A stretch of DNA of 64,000 bases from Actinomycetes bacterium. Lineage in GTDB: Bacteria; Actinomycetota; Acidimicrobiia; Acidimicrobiales; Ilumatobacteraceae. A model generated the notes under the pieces. The model saw only the letters and a list, made by a program, of their open reading frames with translations. It ran no database searches and was not told the origin of the DNA. The position numbers and the translations under genes are program-made. This document shows, in pieces, positions 1-8,012 of the stretch; within the stretch, counting starts at the first letter, position 1, and every line of letters begins with the position of its first letter. Location of the stretch: NCBI GenBank assembly GCA_025351965.1, contig JANXUX010000114.1, positions 6,380 to 70,379 on the forward strand, written 5' to 3'.

Positions 1-434
1 CCGTCCCCGAGCTCGGTGTGTTCCGGGCCGAGCGCCCCCCGATCGTGATCCTGACGAGCAATCGCACGCGCGACGTGCACGACGCGCTGAAGCGACGCTG
101 CTTGTACCACTGGGTCGAGCACCCCACGTTCGAGCGCGAAGTCGAGATCGTTCGGATGCGCGTGCCGCACGTGACCGAGGCGCTGACCCGTCAGGTCGCC
201 GCAGCAGTCGAGGCGCTTCGCACGCTGCACCTGTACAAGCCGCCAGGCGTCGCCGAGACCATCGACTGGGCCACAGCGCTCGGCCGGCTCGGTTTGACCC
301 GGTTGTCCGAGGCGTCGGTCACGGCGACCCTCGGCGCGGTCCTCAAGTACCGCGAGGATGTCGAGCGGGTACAGCAGCACGGTATCGGCGAACTGGTCCG
401 CCAGTCCGTCGAGCGGAGCGCGTTGCCCGCTTGA
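1..434 (+). CDS. MoxR/CoxD-like AAA+ ATPase, C-terminal fragment (gene starts upstream of window)
   Basis: The reading frame is open to the window edge. The C-terminal sequence PPIVILTSNRTRDVHDALKRRCLYHWVEHP resembles MoxR/CoxD-type ATPases. A VWA gene follows directly, overlapping its stop (TTGA). Confidence 0.8.
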   Translation, partial: VPELGVFRAERPPIVILTSNRTRDVHDALKRRCLYHWVEHPTFEREVEIVRMRVPHVTEALTRQVAAAVEALRTLHLYKPPGVAETIDWATALGRLGLTRLSEASVTATLGAVLKYREDVERVQQHGIGELVRQSVERSALPA

Positions 435-1627
435 ACCCGCCGACGATCCCAGCGCACATGCAGGATGCCGCAACGATGGCGACCGCCTTTGCGCGCGTGC
501 TGCGCGGGCTGGCCATCGCGGTACCGATCGGCAACGTGTTGACGTTCACCGAGGCGCTCGGCACGGTCGGGGTCGGTGACCGCAGCCGGGTGTACTGGGC
601 GGCTCGGGCGACACTCGTGCGCCGGCACGAGGACTTCCCCCTGTTCGACCGGGCCTTCGCCGTCTTCTGGGAGGGTCGAGGCACCGCCGACGCCGGTGAT
701 GTTGACCAGGAGACCCAGCAGATCAGCATCGTGATGGACGACGACGGCGACGACGAATCCGGTGACGACGACGATGGCGACGCCGAGGCCAGTGACGACC
801 CGACGATCCAGCTCCGCTTCAGCGCGACGGAGGTGCTGCGCCACAAGGACTTCGGGGCGTACTCCGACGACGAGCTGCGCCTCGCCCAACAGCTGATGTC
901 GCAGCTCCGATTCGCGGGCCCGCCACGCCAGTCGCTGCGACTCACCCCGTCGCGCCGCGACCACCGCCGGCCAGACCTGCGCCGGACGGTACGTGCCTCG
1001 CTGGCCGCCGGGGGCGAGCCGGTGCAGCGCCATTGGCGCGAGCCGGGTGAGCGGATGCGCCGAATGGTGCTGTTGCTCGACGTCAGTGGATCGATGGAGC
1101 CGTACGCGCGGGCACTGCTGCGGTTCGTCCAGGCCGCTGTCGCCGGACGGCAGAAGGTCGAGGCGTTCGCGATGGGGACGCGCCTGACCCGGATCACCAA
1201 GGAGCTCGGCAGCCGTGACCCGGACAAGGCGCTCGGTCTCGCCGCGAGCCGGGTCACCGACTGGAGCGGCGGCACCCGCCTCGGCGAATGCCTGCGCTGG
1301 TTCAACGACGAATGGGGAGTGCGCGGGATGGCCCGCGGAGCCATCGTGATCGTGCTCAGCGACGGCTGGGACCGCGGCGATCCCGTGCTGCTCGCCGACC
1401 AGATGCGCCGACTGCAACGCATCACCCACGACCTGGTCTGGGTCAACCCGCTCAAGGTGACGCCCGGCTATGCGCCACTGGCCCGGGGAATGGCGGCGGC
1501 GCTACCGTACGTTGACCACTTCGTCGAAGGTCACTCGATGGCCGCGATGGAGGAGCTCGCCCGGGTCATCTCCGGGTCGGCGGCGACGCGAACGACCACG
1601 ACAGGACAGGTTGCCAGGTATGCGTGA
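431..1627 (+). CDS. VWA domain protein, CoxE-like
   Basis: 398-aa ORF with an acidic D/E-rich linker followed by a MIDAS-type motif (LLLDVSGSM). This is the usual partner of MoxR/CoxD ATPases. The start is uncertain (TTG 431 or ATG 458). Confidence 0.8.
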   Translation: MNPPTIPAHMQDAATMATAFARVLRGLAIAVPIGNVLTFTEALGTVGVGDRSRVYWAARATLVRRHEDFPLFDRAFAVFWEGRGTADAGDVDQETQQISIVMDDDGDDESGDDDDGDAEASDDPTIQLRFSATEVLRHKDFGAYSDDELRLAQQLMSQLRFAGPPRQSLRLTPSRRDHRRPDLRRTVRASLAAGGEPVQRHWREPGERMRRMVLLLDVSGSMEPYARALLRFVQAAVAGRQKVEAFAMGTRLTRITKELGSRDPDKALGLAASRVTDWSGGTRLGECLRWFNDEWGVRGMARGAIVIVLSDGWDRGDPVLLADQMRRLQRITHDLVWVNPLKVTPGYAPLARGMAAALPYVDHFVEGHSMAAMEELARVISGSAATRTTTTGQVARYA

Positions 1628-1937
1628 GATCCTCGACGACATCGAACGGTGGCGGCTCAATGGACGGCGCGTGGTGGTGGCCCGAGTGGTCAACATCGAG
1701 GGCTCCGGCCCACGTGATCCCGGCGCCTCGATGGCGGTCAACGAGGACGGTGAGGTCGCTGGTTCCGTGAGTGGCGGGTGCGTCGAGGGGGCAGTCGTGG
1801 GCGAAGCGCTCGGCATCCTGCACGGCGATCAGCAGCCCAAGCTCGTCACGTTCGGCTACAGCGACGACGAGGCGTACGCGGTCGGCCTGACCTGCGGCGG
1901 CACGATCCACCTCTTCATCGAGCCGCTCACCTGGTGA
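1620..1937 (+). CDS. XdhC/CoxI N-terminal-domain protein (stand-alone)
   Basis: ATG 1620 overlaps the upstream stop. The 105-aa product has GGCVEG and GLTCGG motifs typical of the XdhC_CoxI domain. Confidence 0.75.
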   Translation: MREILDDIERWRLNGRRVVVARVVNIEGSGPRDPGASMAVNEDGEVAGSVSGGCVEGAVVGEALGILHGDQQPKLVTFGYSDDEAYAVGLTCGGTIHLFIEPLTW

Positions 1938-2740
1938 GCTCGATCTATGAAACCCTGCGCGACCGGATCCGTCGCGACGAGCCGGTCGGCCTCGTCACGG
2001 TGATCGAGGGTCCGAACATCGGCGCCAAGCTGCTGATCATCCCCGGCGGGCCACCGACCGGTTCGCTCGGTGACTCGGAGTTGGACCGCATCGTCGGCCG
2101 CGACGCGCTCGCCGAACTGGAGGCCGCAACGACCGGCGTGCGCCACTACGGCCCGCAGGGCCAGACCACGCCAGAGGACCTGATCGACACCGACACCGTC
2201 AGCGTGTTCGTGGAGAGCTTCTCGCCGCCTCCGCAGATGTGGATCTTCGGCGCGGTGGACTTCACTGCCGCGCTGGCCAAGGTGGCCAAGGTGCTCGGCT
2301 ACCGGGTCACGGTGTGCGACGCACGGGAGGTGTTCGCGACCCGGCGGCGGTTCCCGATGGCCGACGAGGTCCTGGTCTCCTGGCCCGGGCCGGTGTTCGG
2401 CGCCCGCGGATCCGAGCTCGGCCCACGCGACGCTGTCTGCGTGCTGACCCACGACTCCAAATTCGACGTACCGGCCGTGATGGGCGCGATTGCAACCCGA
2501 GTCGGCTACATCGGCGTGATGGGGAGCCGCAAGACCCACGACAAGCGGATGCAGCGTCTCGCCGAGGCCGGGCTCACCGAGCCGCACCAGATCGAGCGGT
2601 TGATGTCGCCGGTGGGGCTGGACATCGGAGCACGCACGCCGGAGGAGACAGCCATTTCGATCTGCGCCGAGATCATCGCTCGCCGCACCGGTCGGATCAC
2701 GCCGTCACTGCGTGACGGCTCCGGCGCGATCCACAGCTGA
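1934..2740 (+). CDS. XdhC family molybdoenzyme maturation factor (N domain plus Rossmann-like C domain)
   Basis: GTG 1934 overlaps the upstream stop (GTGA). The product has its own XdhC-like N region and a Rossmann-like segment, IFGAVDFTAALAKVAKVLGYRVTVCD. Confidence 0.8.
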   Translation: MSSIYETLRDRIRRDEPVGLVTVIEGPNIGAKLLIIPGGPPTGSLGDSELDRIVGRDALAELEAATTGVRHYGPQGQTTPEDLIDTDTVSVFVESFSPPPQMWIFGAVDFTAALAKVAKVLGYRVTVCDAREVFATRRRFPMADEVLVSWPGPVFGARGSELGPRDAVCVLTHDSKFDVPAVMGAIATRVGYIGVMGSRKTHDKRMQRLAEAGLTEPHQIERLMSPVGLDIGARTPEETAISICAEIIARRTGRITPSLRDGSGAIHS

Positions 2741-2792
2741 GCCAGTCGGCTCGGCCAGAACTGCAGCGCCCAGGACTGCAGCGCCCAGGACT

Positions 2793-3476
2793 TCAGCCGA
2801 TCGGGTTGCCGAACTTCGCGTTGCGTCGCTTGGTGATCATGTCGACCTCGACATTGCGGCCGGTGTACGGGGAGTGGACGATTGCGGTGTCGACGCCGAG
2901 CCAGAGCATGACGTGACCGGGGTAGTAGAGCAGGTCGCCGGCCATGGCCGTTTCCTGCGTGCGCGGGGCCGCATTGCGGATCTGGACGCCCGACTGTCGG
3001 GTCAGGGTGACCCCGGCAACGCCCCAGGCGTAGGTGGTGAGACCGGAGCAGTCGAAACCCTCGCCGGCCTTGCTGGTGTTGCGCCGGTAGGGCACGCCGA
3101 GCTGGGTGAATGCCGCCATCAGCGCCGTCTGGTGGGCGATGTCGGCGTGCTGCCAGGCCGACATCATCAGCGCGGGATCGATCTGCAAGCGGTTGGCGAC
3201 CTCCGTGGCGATCTGATTGCGCTTGACCTCGTAGCTCGCGAATGCGCTTGAATCACCGCGACCGTCCGTGGCCAGATCGGCGAGCGCTTCGAGCGCCACC
3301 GATGACAGCGGGTCGTCCTCGCGGACCCGTGACGAGGTGCTGGCACCCGCTGTGGCCGGAGCCGCCTGGGCGATGTCCAGCGTGGTCGCGAACGTGGCGA
3401 AGCACGTTGCGGTGGCGATTGCGGCGATGCCGATGCGCGAACGCAATCGACGTACAGATCCAGTGCGCTGTCCCAA
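2793..3476 (-). CDS. secreted NlpC/P60 (C40) cell-wall peptidase
   Basis: Signal-peptide-like N terminus. The catalytic core reads FDCSGLTTYAW ... GHVMLW ... IVHSP. The TTG start at 3476 is preceded by ACGAAGGG. Confidence 0.85.
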   Translation of the reverse strand: MGQRTGSVRRLRSRIGIAAIATATCFATFATTLDIAQAAPATAGASTSSRVREDDPLSSVALEALADLATDGRGDSSAFASYEVKRNQIATEVANRLQIDPALMMSAWQHADIAHQTALMAAFTQLGVPYRRNTSKAGEGFDCSGLTTYAWGVAGVTLTRQSGVQIRNAAPRTQETAMAGDLLYYPGHVMLWLGVDTAIVHSPYTGRNVEVDMITKRRNAKFGNPIG

Positions 3477-3745
3477 GTTGTTGTCCCTTCGTTTGACACG
3501 AATGGGCCCGGAGGTCCATCCGCGTGGCGTGAGCGTTTGCCCGCTCAGTCACGGAGCGCCAAACGAGAGCGCCACGTCCGTGTGACGAACCCGGCACAGA
3601 AGTGTTGGATTTCGTAACAGGCCGAGATCATAACGACATGAAAATGCAACAATCAACCCCTTCGTAACCATTTCGTCATGTGTAACCCCTCCTTCATACG
3701 GGCACGGATGTCTGGATAGACAAGCTGATCAGGGAGGATGGACTG

Positions 3746-4345
3746 GTGCCGACCTGCCGGAGCTCCTCGGAAAAATGTTGCGGGATCCTGCTCGCAGCGG
3801 GCGCCGGGAGCCGCTTTCGCGCCCCCGAGCACAAGTTGCAGGCGATCCTGCGCGGCCGGCCGGTGTACTGCTGGGCGTTCGACGCAGTTGTCTCCGCCGG
3901 GCTCGACGCCGTGATCATCGTGACCGGGGCCGCTGCGCTCGATCCGACGACGATGCCGGAGGCGACCATCGTCCACAACCCGGAGTGGGCGTCCGGCCAG
4001 GCGACCTCATTGCAGTGCGCCAGACGCGCCGCCGAGGCGCTGGGCATGGACGCGATGGTCGTCGGTCTCGCCGACCAGCCGTTCATCACCGCCGCTGCGT
4101 GGCGTTCGGTCGCCAACGCCCCGGCCGACATCGGGGTCGCCACCTACGACGGGCGCCGGGGCAACCCGGTGCTGCTCCGGAGGGCGATCTGGCCACTGCT
4201 CCCGAGCGAAGGGGACCAGGGAGCCCGTAGTCTGATGACACGTCGACCGGACCTGGTGGTCGAGGTTGCATGCACCGGCTCACCGGCCGACATCGACACC
4301 ATGGAGGATCTTCAGCAATGGAACTCGTCAACGAATTCACCGTGA
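3746..4345 (+). CDS. MobA/MocA-like nucleotidyltransferase (molybdenum cofactor cytidylyl/guanylyl transferase family)
   Basis: GTG 3746 is preceded by AGGGAGGA. The N terminus carries an LLAAGAGSRF motif. The gene sits among cox/xdh accessory genes. Confidence 0.75.
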   Translation: MPTCRSSSEKCCGILLAAGAGSRFRAPEHKLQAILRGRPVYCWAFDAVVSAGLDAVIIVTGAAALDPTTMPEATIVHNPEWASGQATSLQCARRAAEALGMDAMVVGLADQPFITAAAWRSVANAPADIGVATYDGRRGNPVLLRRAIWPLLPSEGDQGARSLMTRRPDLVVEVACTGSPADIDTMEDLQQWNSSTNSP

Positions 4346-5094
4346 ATCGTCCGATCGACCAGGCGTGGGCGGTACTGACGGACGTCGAGCGCATTGCGCC
4401 GTGCCTGCCGGGTGCGCAGCTCCAGGAGATCGAGGGCGAGATCTACCGAGGTGTCGTCAAGGTCAAGGTCGGCCCGATCAGCGCAGCGCTGAAGGGTGAG
4501 GCGTCGTTCGTCGAGCGCGACGATGCCAACCACCGCGCCGTGCTCAAGGGCGACGGGCGCGACACCAAGGGCAACGGCAACGCGTCAGCGTTGATCACCG
4601 CAACCCTCGAAGAGCTGACGCCGACGAGCGCCAAGTGCGTGGTGCACACCGATCTCAACATGACGGGCAAGGTCGCCCAGTTCGGCCGAGGCGCACTCGG
4701 CGACATCAGCTCGAAGTTGATGATGCAGTTCGCCAAGAACCTCGACGAGCTGCTCGCCGCCGATGCCGTTGCGACGACCTCCGAGCCGGCAACCGCAGCG
4801 GCCGGGGCCGACACCACCGTGGCGGACCCCGACCTCGCCGGCGAAACCCCTGTCGCCGCCGAGAACCGTGATGGCGCCGAGAACCGTGATGGCGCCGATG
4901 CGGAGGCCGCCGATCCGGCCGTCACTTCCGAGACGACGGTCAAGCCAGCGGAGAAGCGGATCATCAACGGGCCGGCGGCCGAGCCGATCGACGCCTTCAG
5001 CCTCGGTGGCAGCGCAGTGCTCAAGCGCCTCCTGCCGTTGCTCGGCGGTGTCGTGATCTTGCTGCTCGCGCTGAGCCGCCGCCGCAAGAGCTGA
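4318..5094 (+). CDS. CoxG-like SRPBCC protein with C-terminal transmembrane tail
   Basis: MELVNEFTVNRPIDQAWAVLTDVERIAPCLPGA matches the CoxG family. The C terminus is a low-complexity linker followed by a hydrophobic helix and basic end (LLPLLGGVVILLLALSRRRKS). The ATG lies inside the 3-prime end of the previous gene. Confidence 0.8.
   Translation: MELVNEFTVNRPIDQAWAVLTDVERIAPCLPGAQLQEIEGEIYRGVVKVKVGPISAALKGEASFVERDDANHRAVLKGDGRDTKGNGNASALITATLEELTPTSAKCVVHTDLNMTGKVAQFGRGALGDISSKLMMQFAKNLDELLAADAVATTSEPATAAAGADTTVADPDLAGETPVAAENRDGAENRDGADAEAADPAVTSETTVKPAEKRIINGPAAEPIDAFSLGGSAVLKRLLPLLGGVVILLLALSRRRKS
4861..4896 (+). repeat. perfect 18-bp tandem duplication inside CoxG-like linker (encodes ENRDGA x2)
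   Basis: gagaaccgtgatggcgcc occurs twice back to back. Confidence 0.9.
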
Positions 5095-5110
5095 TCCGGA
5101 CCGACCATCG

Positions 5111-5566
5111 GTGCACGCGATGAGCGAGGACAGAGCACGGGTGCGCGAGCTGCTCGGGCGTGAACCCCAGGGACGCTTCGAGGTCGTTGTGCGTGACGCC
5201 TCCGGGGATCCGCTCGTGCTGCTCAACGAGCCGCTGCTCGACGACGGCACACCCATGCCGACGCGGTACTGGCTCATCGGCCGGTCCGTCGTTGCCGCGA
5301 TCGGTCGGCTCGAAGCCGCCGGTGGCGTCAACCAGGCCGAGGCCGACATCGACCCTGCCGAGATCGCCGCGGCCCACGCCCGATACGCAGCCGAGCGCGA
5401 CGCGCACCTACCGACCGGCCACGCAGGTCCGCGACCGTCGGGTGGCGTCGGCGGCACCCGTCGCGGCGTCAAGTGCCTGCATGCGCACTACGGGTACTTC
5501 CTCGCCGGTGGCGACGACCCCGTCGGCCGATGGGTCGCCGAGCGCATCGACGCGGTGATGCGATGA
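5111..5566 (+). CDS. DUF501 domain protein
   Basis: PMPTRYWL and KCLHAHYGYFLAGGDDPVG motifs are typical of DUF501. The usual actinobacterial neighbour, a Ppx/GppA-like gene, follows with an ATGA overlap. Confidence 0.75.
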   Translation: MHAMSEDRARVRELLGREPQGRFEVVVRDASGDPLVLLNEPLLDDGTPMPTRYWLIGRSVVAAIGRLEAAGGVNQAEADIDPAEIAAAHARYAAERDAHLPTGHAGPRPSGGVGGTRRGVKCLHAHYGYFLAGGDDPVGRWVAERIDAVMR

Positions 5567-6039
5567 CGGCTCTCGTCGTCATCGGTGACAGTACGACGAC
5601 GATCACGGTCGACGGCGAAACGTTCACGATCGCGTGCGGGTCGGTCTCGCTCGGGACCCGACACATCGTCACCGATCCACCATTGCCCGAGGAACTGACC
5701 AACGCGATCGGCGAGATGGTCGATCACATCGACGACGTCAAGCGCGAGCTCCCCGCAGTCGTGGAGGCGGCCACGGTGACCGTCTCCGGCATCGTGGCAC
5801 GCGTGATGGCGGCCGTCGAGGTCGGGGGACCGGTGCACGCAGACACGTTCGTCCTCGGCCGCGATGCTGCCGAAGACGTGTTCCGTACGCTCGCCACCGA
5901 GCCGGCCGCCGACCGCCGTCACAACCCGGGGCTGCCGCCCGAGCTCGTCGACACCATCGTCGGAGGTTGCTGCGTGATGGTGGGACTGATCCGTGGCTTG
6001 CAGCTCGACGCCGTCACGGTTCAGCTGGGTCGACCATGA
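5563..6039 (+). CDS. Ppx/GppA-like protein, half-size (domain II only)
   Basis: The 158-aa product aligns by eye to the second ASKHA subdomain of actinobacterial Ppx2-type proteins (SLGTRHIVTDPPLPEE; DRRHNPGLPPELVDTIVGG). No first subdomain is encoded. Confidence 0.6.
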   Translation: MTALVVIGDSTTTITVDGETFTIACGSVSLGTRHIVTDPPLPEELTNAIGEMVDHIDDVKRELPAVVEAATVTVSGIVARVMAAVEVGGPVHADTFVLGRDAAEDVFRTLATEPAADRRHNPGLPPELVDTIVGGCCVMVGLIRGLQLDAVTVQLGRP

Positions 6040-6052
6040 TGAGTCCAGCGCC

Positions 6053-6691
6053 ATGAACACCGATCGTCGCCCGCTCAACCATCCATCGCTCCCCCAGGCC
6101 AACGGGCTCCGCCTCTACGGCCGGCGGGTGATGATGCGTCCGCTCGTGGCGCCGGATTTCCCGGCGTGGAGCGATGTCCGGCTGCGCAACGAAAGCTGGT
6201 TGCTGCCCTGGGAGCCGTCACGACTGCCGAACCAGGGTGACCCGACGCGCGAGCGCGATGTGTTTGCGTCACGCTGCGCAGCTCGCGACCGTGACCGCCA
6301 GCTCGGCGTGGCGTACGCGTTCGGGTTGTTCGTCGACGGCGCGGTCGCTGGGGAGATCAACCTCAACAACATCGTGCGCGGCGCCCAGCAGACGGGCACG
6401 ATCGGCTACTGGATCGATCAATCCCGTGCAGGGCACGCGTTCGTGTCCGAAGGCGTCTGCGTGCTGATGCGGTTCGCGTTCGAGGAGCTGCGCCTGCATC
6501 GGCTCGAGATCTGCATCATCCCCCGAAATGACAACAGTCGTCGTGTCGTGGACAAGCTCGGTCTGCGCGACGAAGGGATCGCACAGCGGTTCCTCGAGAT
6601 CAACGGAGTCTGGGAGGACCACGTCCGCTATGGCGTGACGGTCGAGGAATGGCACGAACGCAAGGAGACGCTCACGTCCCAATGGCTGTGA
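6053..6691 (+). CDS. GNAT N-acetyltransferase, RimJ/RimL-like
   Basis: GYWIDQSRAGHAFVSEGV ... RLHRLEICIIPRNDNSRRVVDKLGLRDEG matches the ribosomal-protein acetyltransferase-like GNAT family. Confidence 0.8.
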   Translation: MNTDRRPLNHPSLPQANGLRLYGRRVMMRPLVAPDFPAWSDVRLRNESWLLPWEPSRLPNQGDPTRERDVFASRCAARDRDRQLGVAYAFGLFVDGAVAGEINLNNIVRGAQQTGTIGYWIDQSRAGHAFVSEGVCVLMRFAFEELRLHRLEICIIPRNDNSRRVVDKLGLRDEGIAQRFLEINGVWEDHVRYGVTVEEWHERKETLTSQWL

Positions 6692-6795
6692 CGGGCCGAA
6701 GCACTCGACCGCCGAAGGCGTCGGCCGGCGGGGACGGGTGTTCACGGACAGCCGTCCCGCGCCGCTCGCCGAGCGATGGGATCCAGTCGGCCGGA

Positions 6796-7113
6796 TCAGG
6801 CCTGTTCGGCGACGAGCCGCGTGACCGCGGCTCGTGCCTTGCGGACCGTGGTCCGCCGTTTCCACATCTTCATCTTCCAGTGACGCGCCGACGGCTTGGC
6901 CGCACTGGCCTTGCCACGCTCGGCATCGTGGTGGTGCAACGGCACCCACGCTCGGCCCGGCTCGTGCAGATCCTCGGGCTCGAGACCGGAACTGACATGG
7001 TTCGCCACGGTGCAGAGCTCACTGTGAATACGGTGTCGCTCGTTGTGCGCGTGTGCTCGCAAGTCCATCTTCGGCGGTGGAACCGCCTCGGTGTGGTGAT
7101 GTCGCTGACTCAT
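6796..7113 (-). CDS. small His-rich basic protein, unknown function
   Basis: 105-aa ORF with a strong AGGAGG sequence 6 nt upstream of ATG 7113. I counted about 13 His residues, and the C terminus is basic. No family recognised. Confidence 0.55.
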   Translation of the reverse strand: MSQRHHHTEAVPPPKMDLRAHAHNERHRIHSELCTVANHVSSGLEPEDLHEPGRAWVPLHHHDAERGKASAAKPSARHWKMKMWKRRTTVRKARAAVTRLVAEQA

Positions 7114-7211
7114 CGGTACCTCCTGTAAACAGTTCGGTTGATGGGCTCCCCTTGCGATCCCAACGTACACCCGTCCCGCCGACCTGGGAAGGCATATCTT
7201 CTCGCGCAGGA

Positions 7212-7967
7212 TCAGGACTTGGACGAAATGCGCTGCTGAACAGCGGCGAGACGCTCTGCGAACCACGGCTGACGTGTGCTCCACAACTGCGGCACGAGCT
7301 CGGTCTGCACCGCGTCGGGGTGGTTGTCGACGTCGGCCATGGCCTGGATCGTCGCCTTGGCCGCGATCGCCAACTCGCGTGGCGCCGACGCCGCACGCGC
7401 CGCCATCTCCTGCGCTGCAGCGAGCAACTGATCGTCGTCGACGCAGCGATGCACGAGCCCGACCCGCTCAGCTTCGGCGCCGTCCATGACCTCGCCGAAC
7501 ACGACCGCTGCCATCGTTGCCTGGGGACCGGCGATGCGTCGGAACATCCACGTGTGGCCGCCACCGGGGTGCAGGCCGAGCTGGAGGAACCGGGTGTCGA
7601 ACTTGGCGCGGCGGGCCGCGAGGCGCACGTCGCAGCCGAGGGCGAGGTTCATCCCGGCGCCGACTGCCGCGCCGTTGACCGCGGCCAACGTCGGCAGGGG
7701 GCTGCGCGCGATGCGCAGGAAGCCTTCGTAGATGACCCCGAGGCTGTCGCCGGTCGCCTCGGCCAGGTTGCCGAGGTTCGCTCCGGCGCAGAAGGCCGGC
7801 GCAGCACCGGTGACGACGATGGCACCGATGCCATCATCGGACTCGATCGTGTCCATCGCCGAGATGATCTCGGCGACCATCGACGCCGTCAGCGTGTTGC
7901 GCTCGGCCGGGTTGTTGAGGGTGATCGTGGCGACCCGGTCGGCCGTCGTCAGGGTGACAAGACTCAT
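7212..7967 (-). CDS. enoyl-CoA hydratase/isomerase family protein
   Basis: Crotonase motifs: ATITLNNPAERN, VVTGAAPAFCAGANL, AAVNGAAVGAGMNLALGCD. Confidence 0.85.
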   Translation of the reverse strand: MSLVTLTTADRVATITLNNPAERNTLTASMVAEIISAMDTIESDDGIGAIVVTGAAPAFCAGANLGNLAEATGDSLGVIYEGFLRIARSPLPTLAAVNGAAVGAGMNLALGCDVRLAARRAKFDTRFLQLGLHPGGGHTWMFRRIAGPQATMAAVVFGEVMDGAEAERVGLVHRCVDDDQLLAAAQEMAARAASAPRELAIAAKATIQAMADVDNHPDAVQTELVPQLWSTRQPWFAERLAAVQQRISSKS

Positions 7968-8012
7968 GGACCGATTCTCGCACGGCCCCCGACGATCTGG
8001 CACAGTGAATCG

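Noticed and set aside
191-1429. Long antisense or alternative-frame ORFs throughout the track (for example 191-1429 minus, 15543-17441 minus, 53026-54933 plus, 55218-57233 minus, 58563-60401 minus, 21511-23427 plus)
   Set aside because: They lie opposite or out of frame to genes with clear family motifs. Their translations are Arg/Pro/Gly/Ala-rich with no motifs. This is the expected stop-codon-poor artefact of high-GC DNA.
1-1627. MoxR ATPase plus VWA pair as a stand-alone novel or defence-type system
   Set aside because: The immediate context (XdhC, MocA-like, CoxG-like genes) fits the well-known CoxD/CoxE maturation role.
1620-2740. XdhC split into two ORFs as a frameshifted pseudogene
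   Set aside because: The second ORF has its own XdhC-like N-terminal region plus the Rossmann-like domain, so it is complete. The first ORF is an extra stand-alone N-domain with clean GTGA coupling.
3477-3745. Cyclic-di-AMP (ydaO-type) riboswitch upstream of the NlpC/P60 gene, or a Moco riboswitch upstream of the mocA-like gene
   Set aside because: Cell-wall hydrolase genes in actinobacteria often carry ydaO leaders, so I looked for it. I could not find the conserved GGGGA...CCCA / GGGGUGAA / CCGAACCCGACAGC-type blocks on the correct strand. I also saw nothing resembling what I recall of the Moco motif. A covariance-model scan is still needed.
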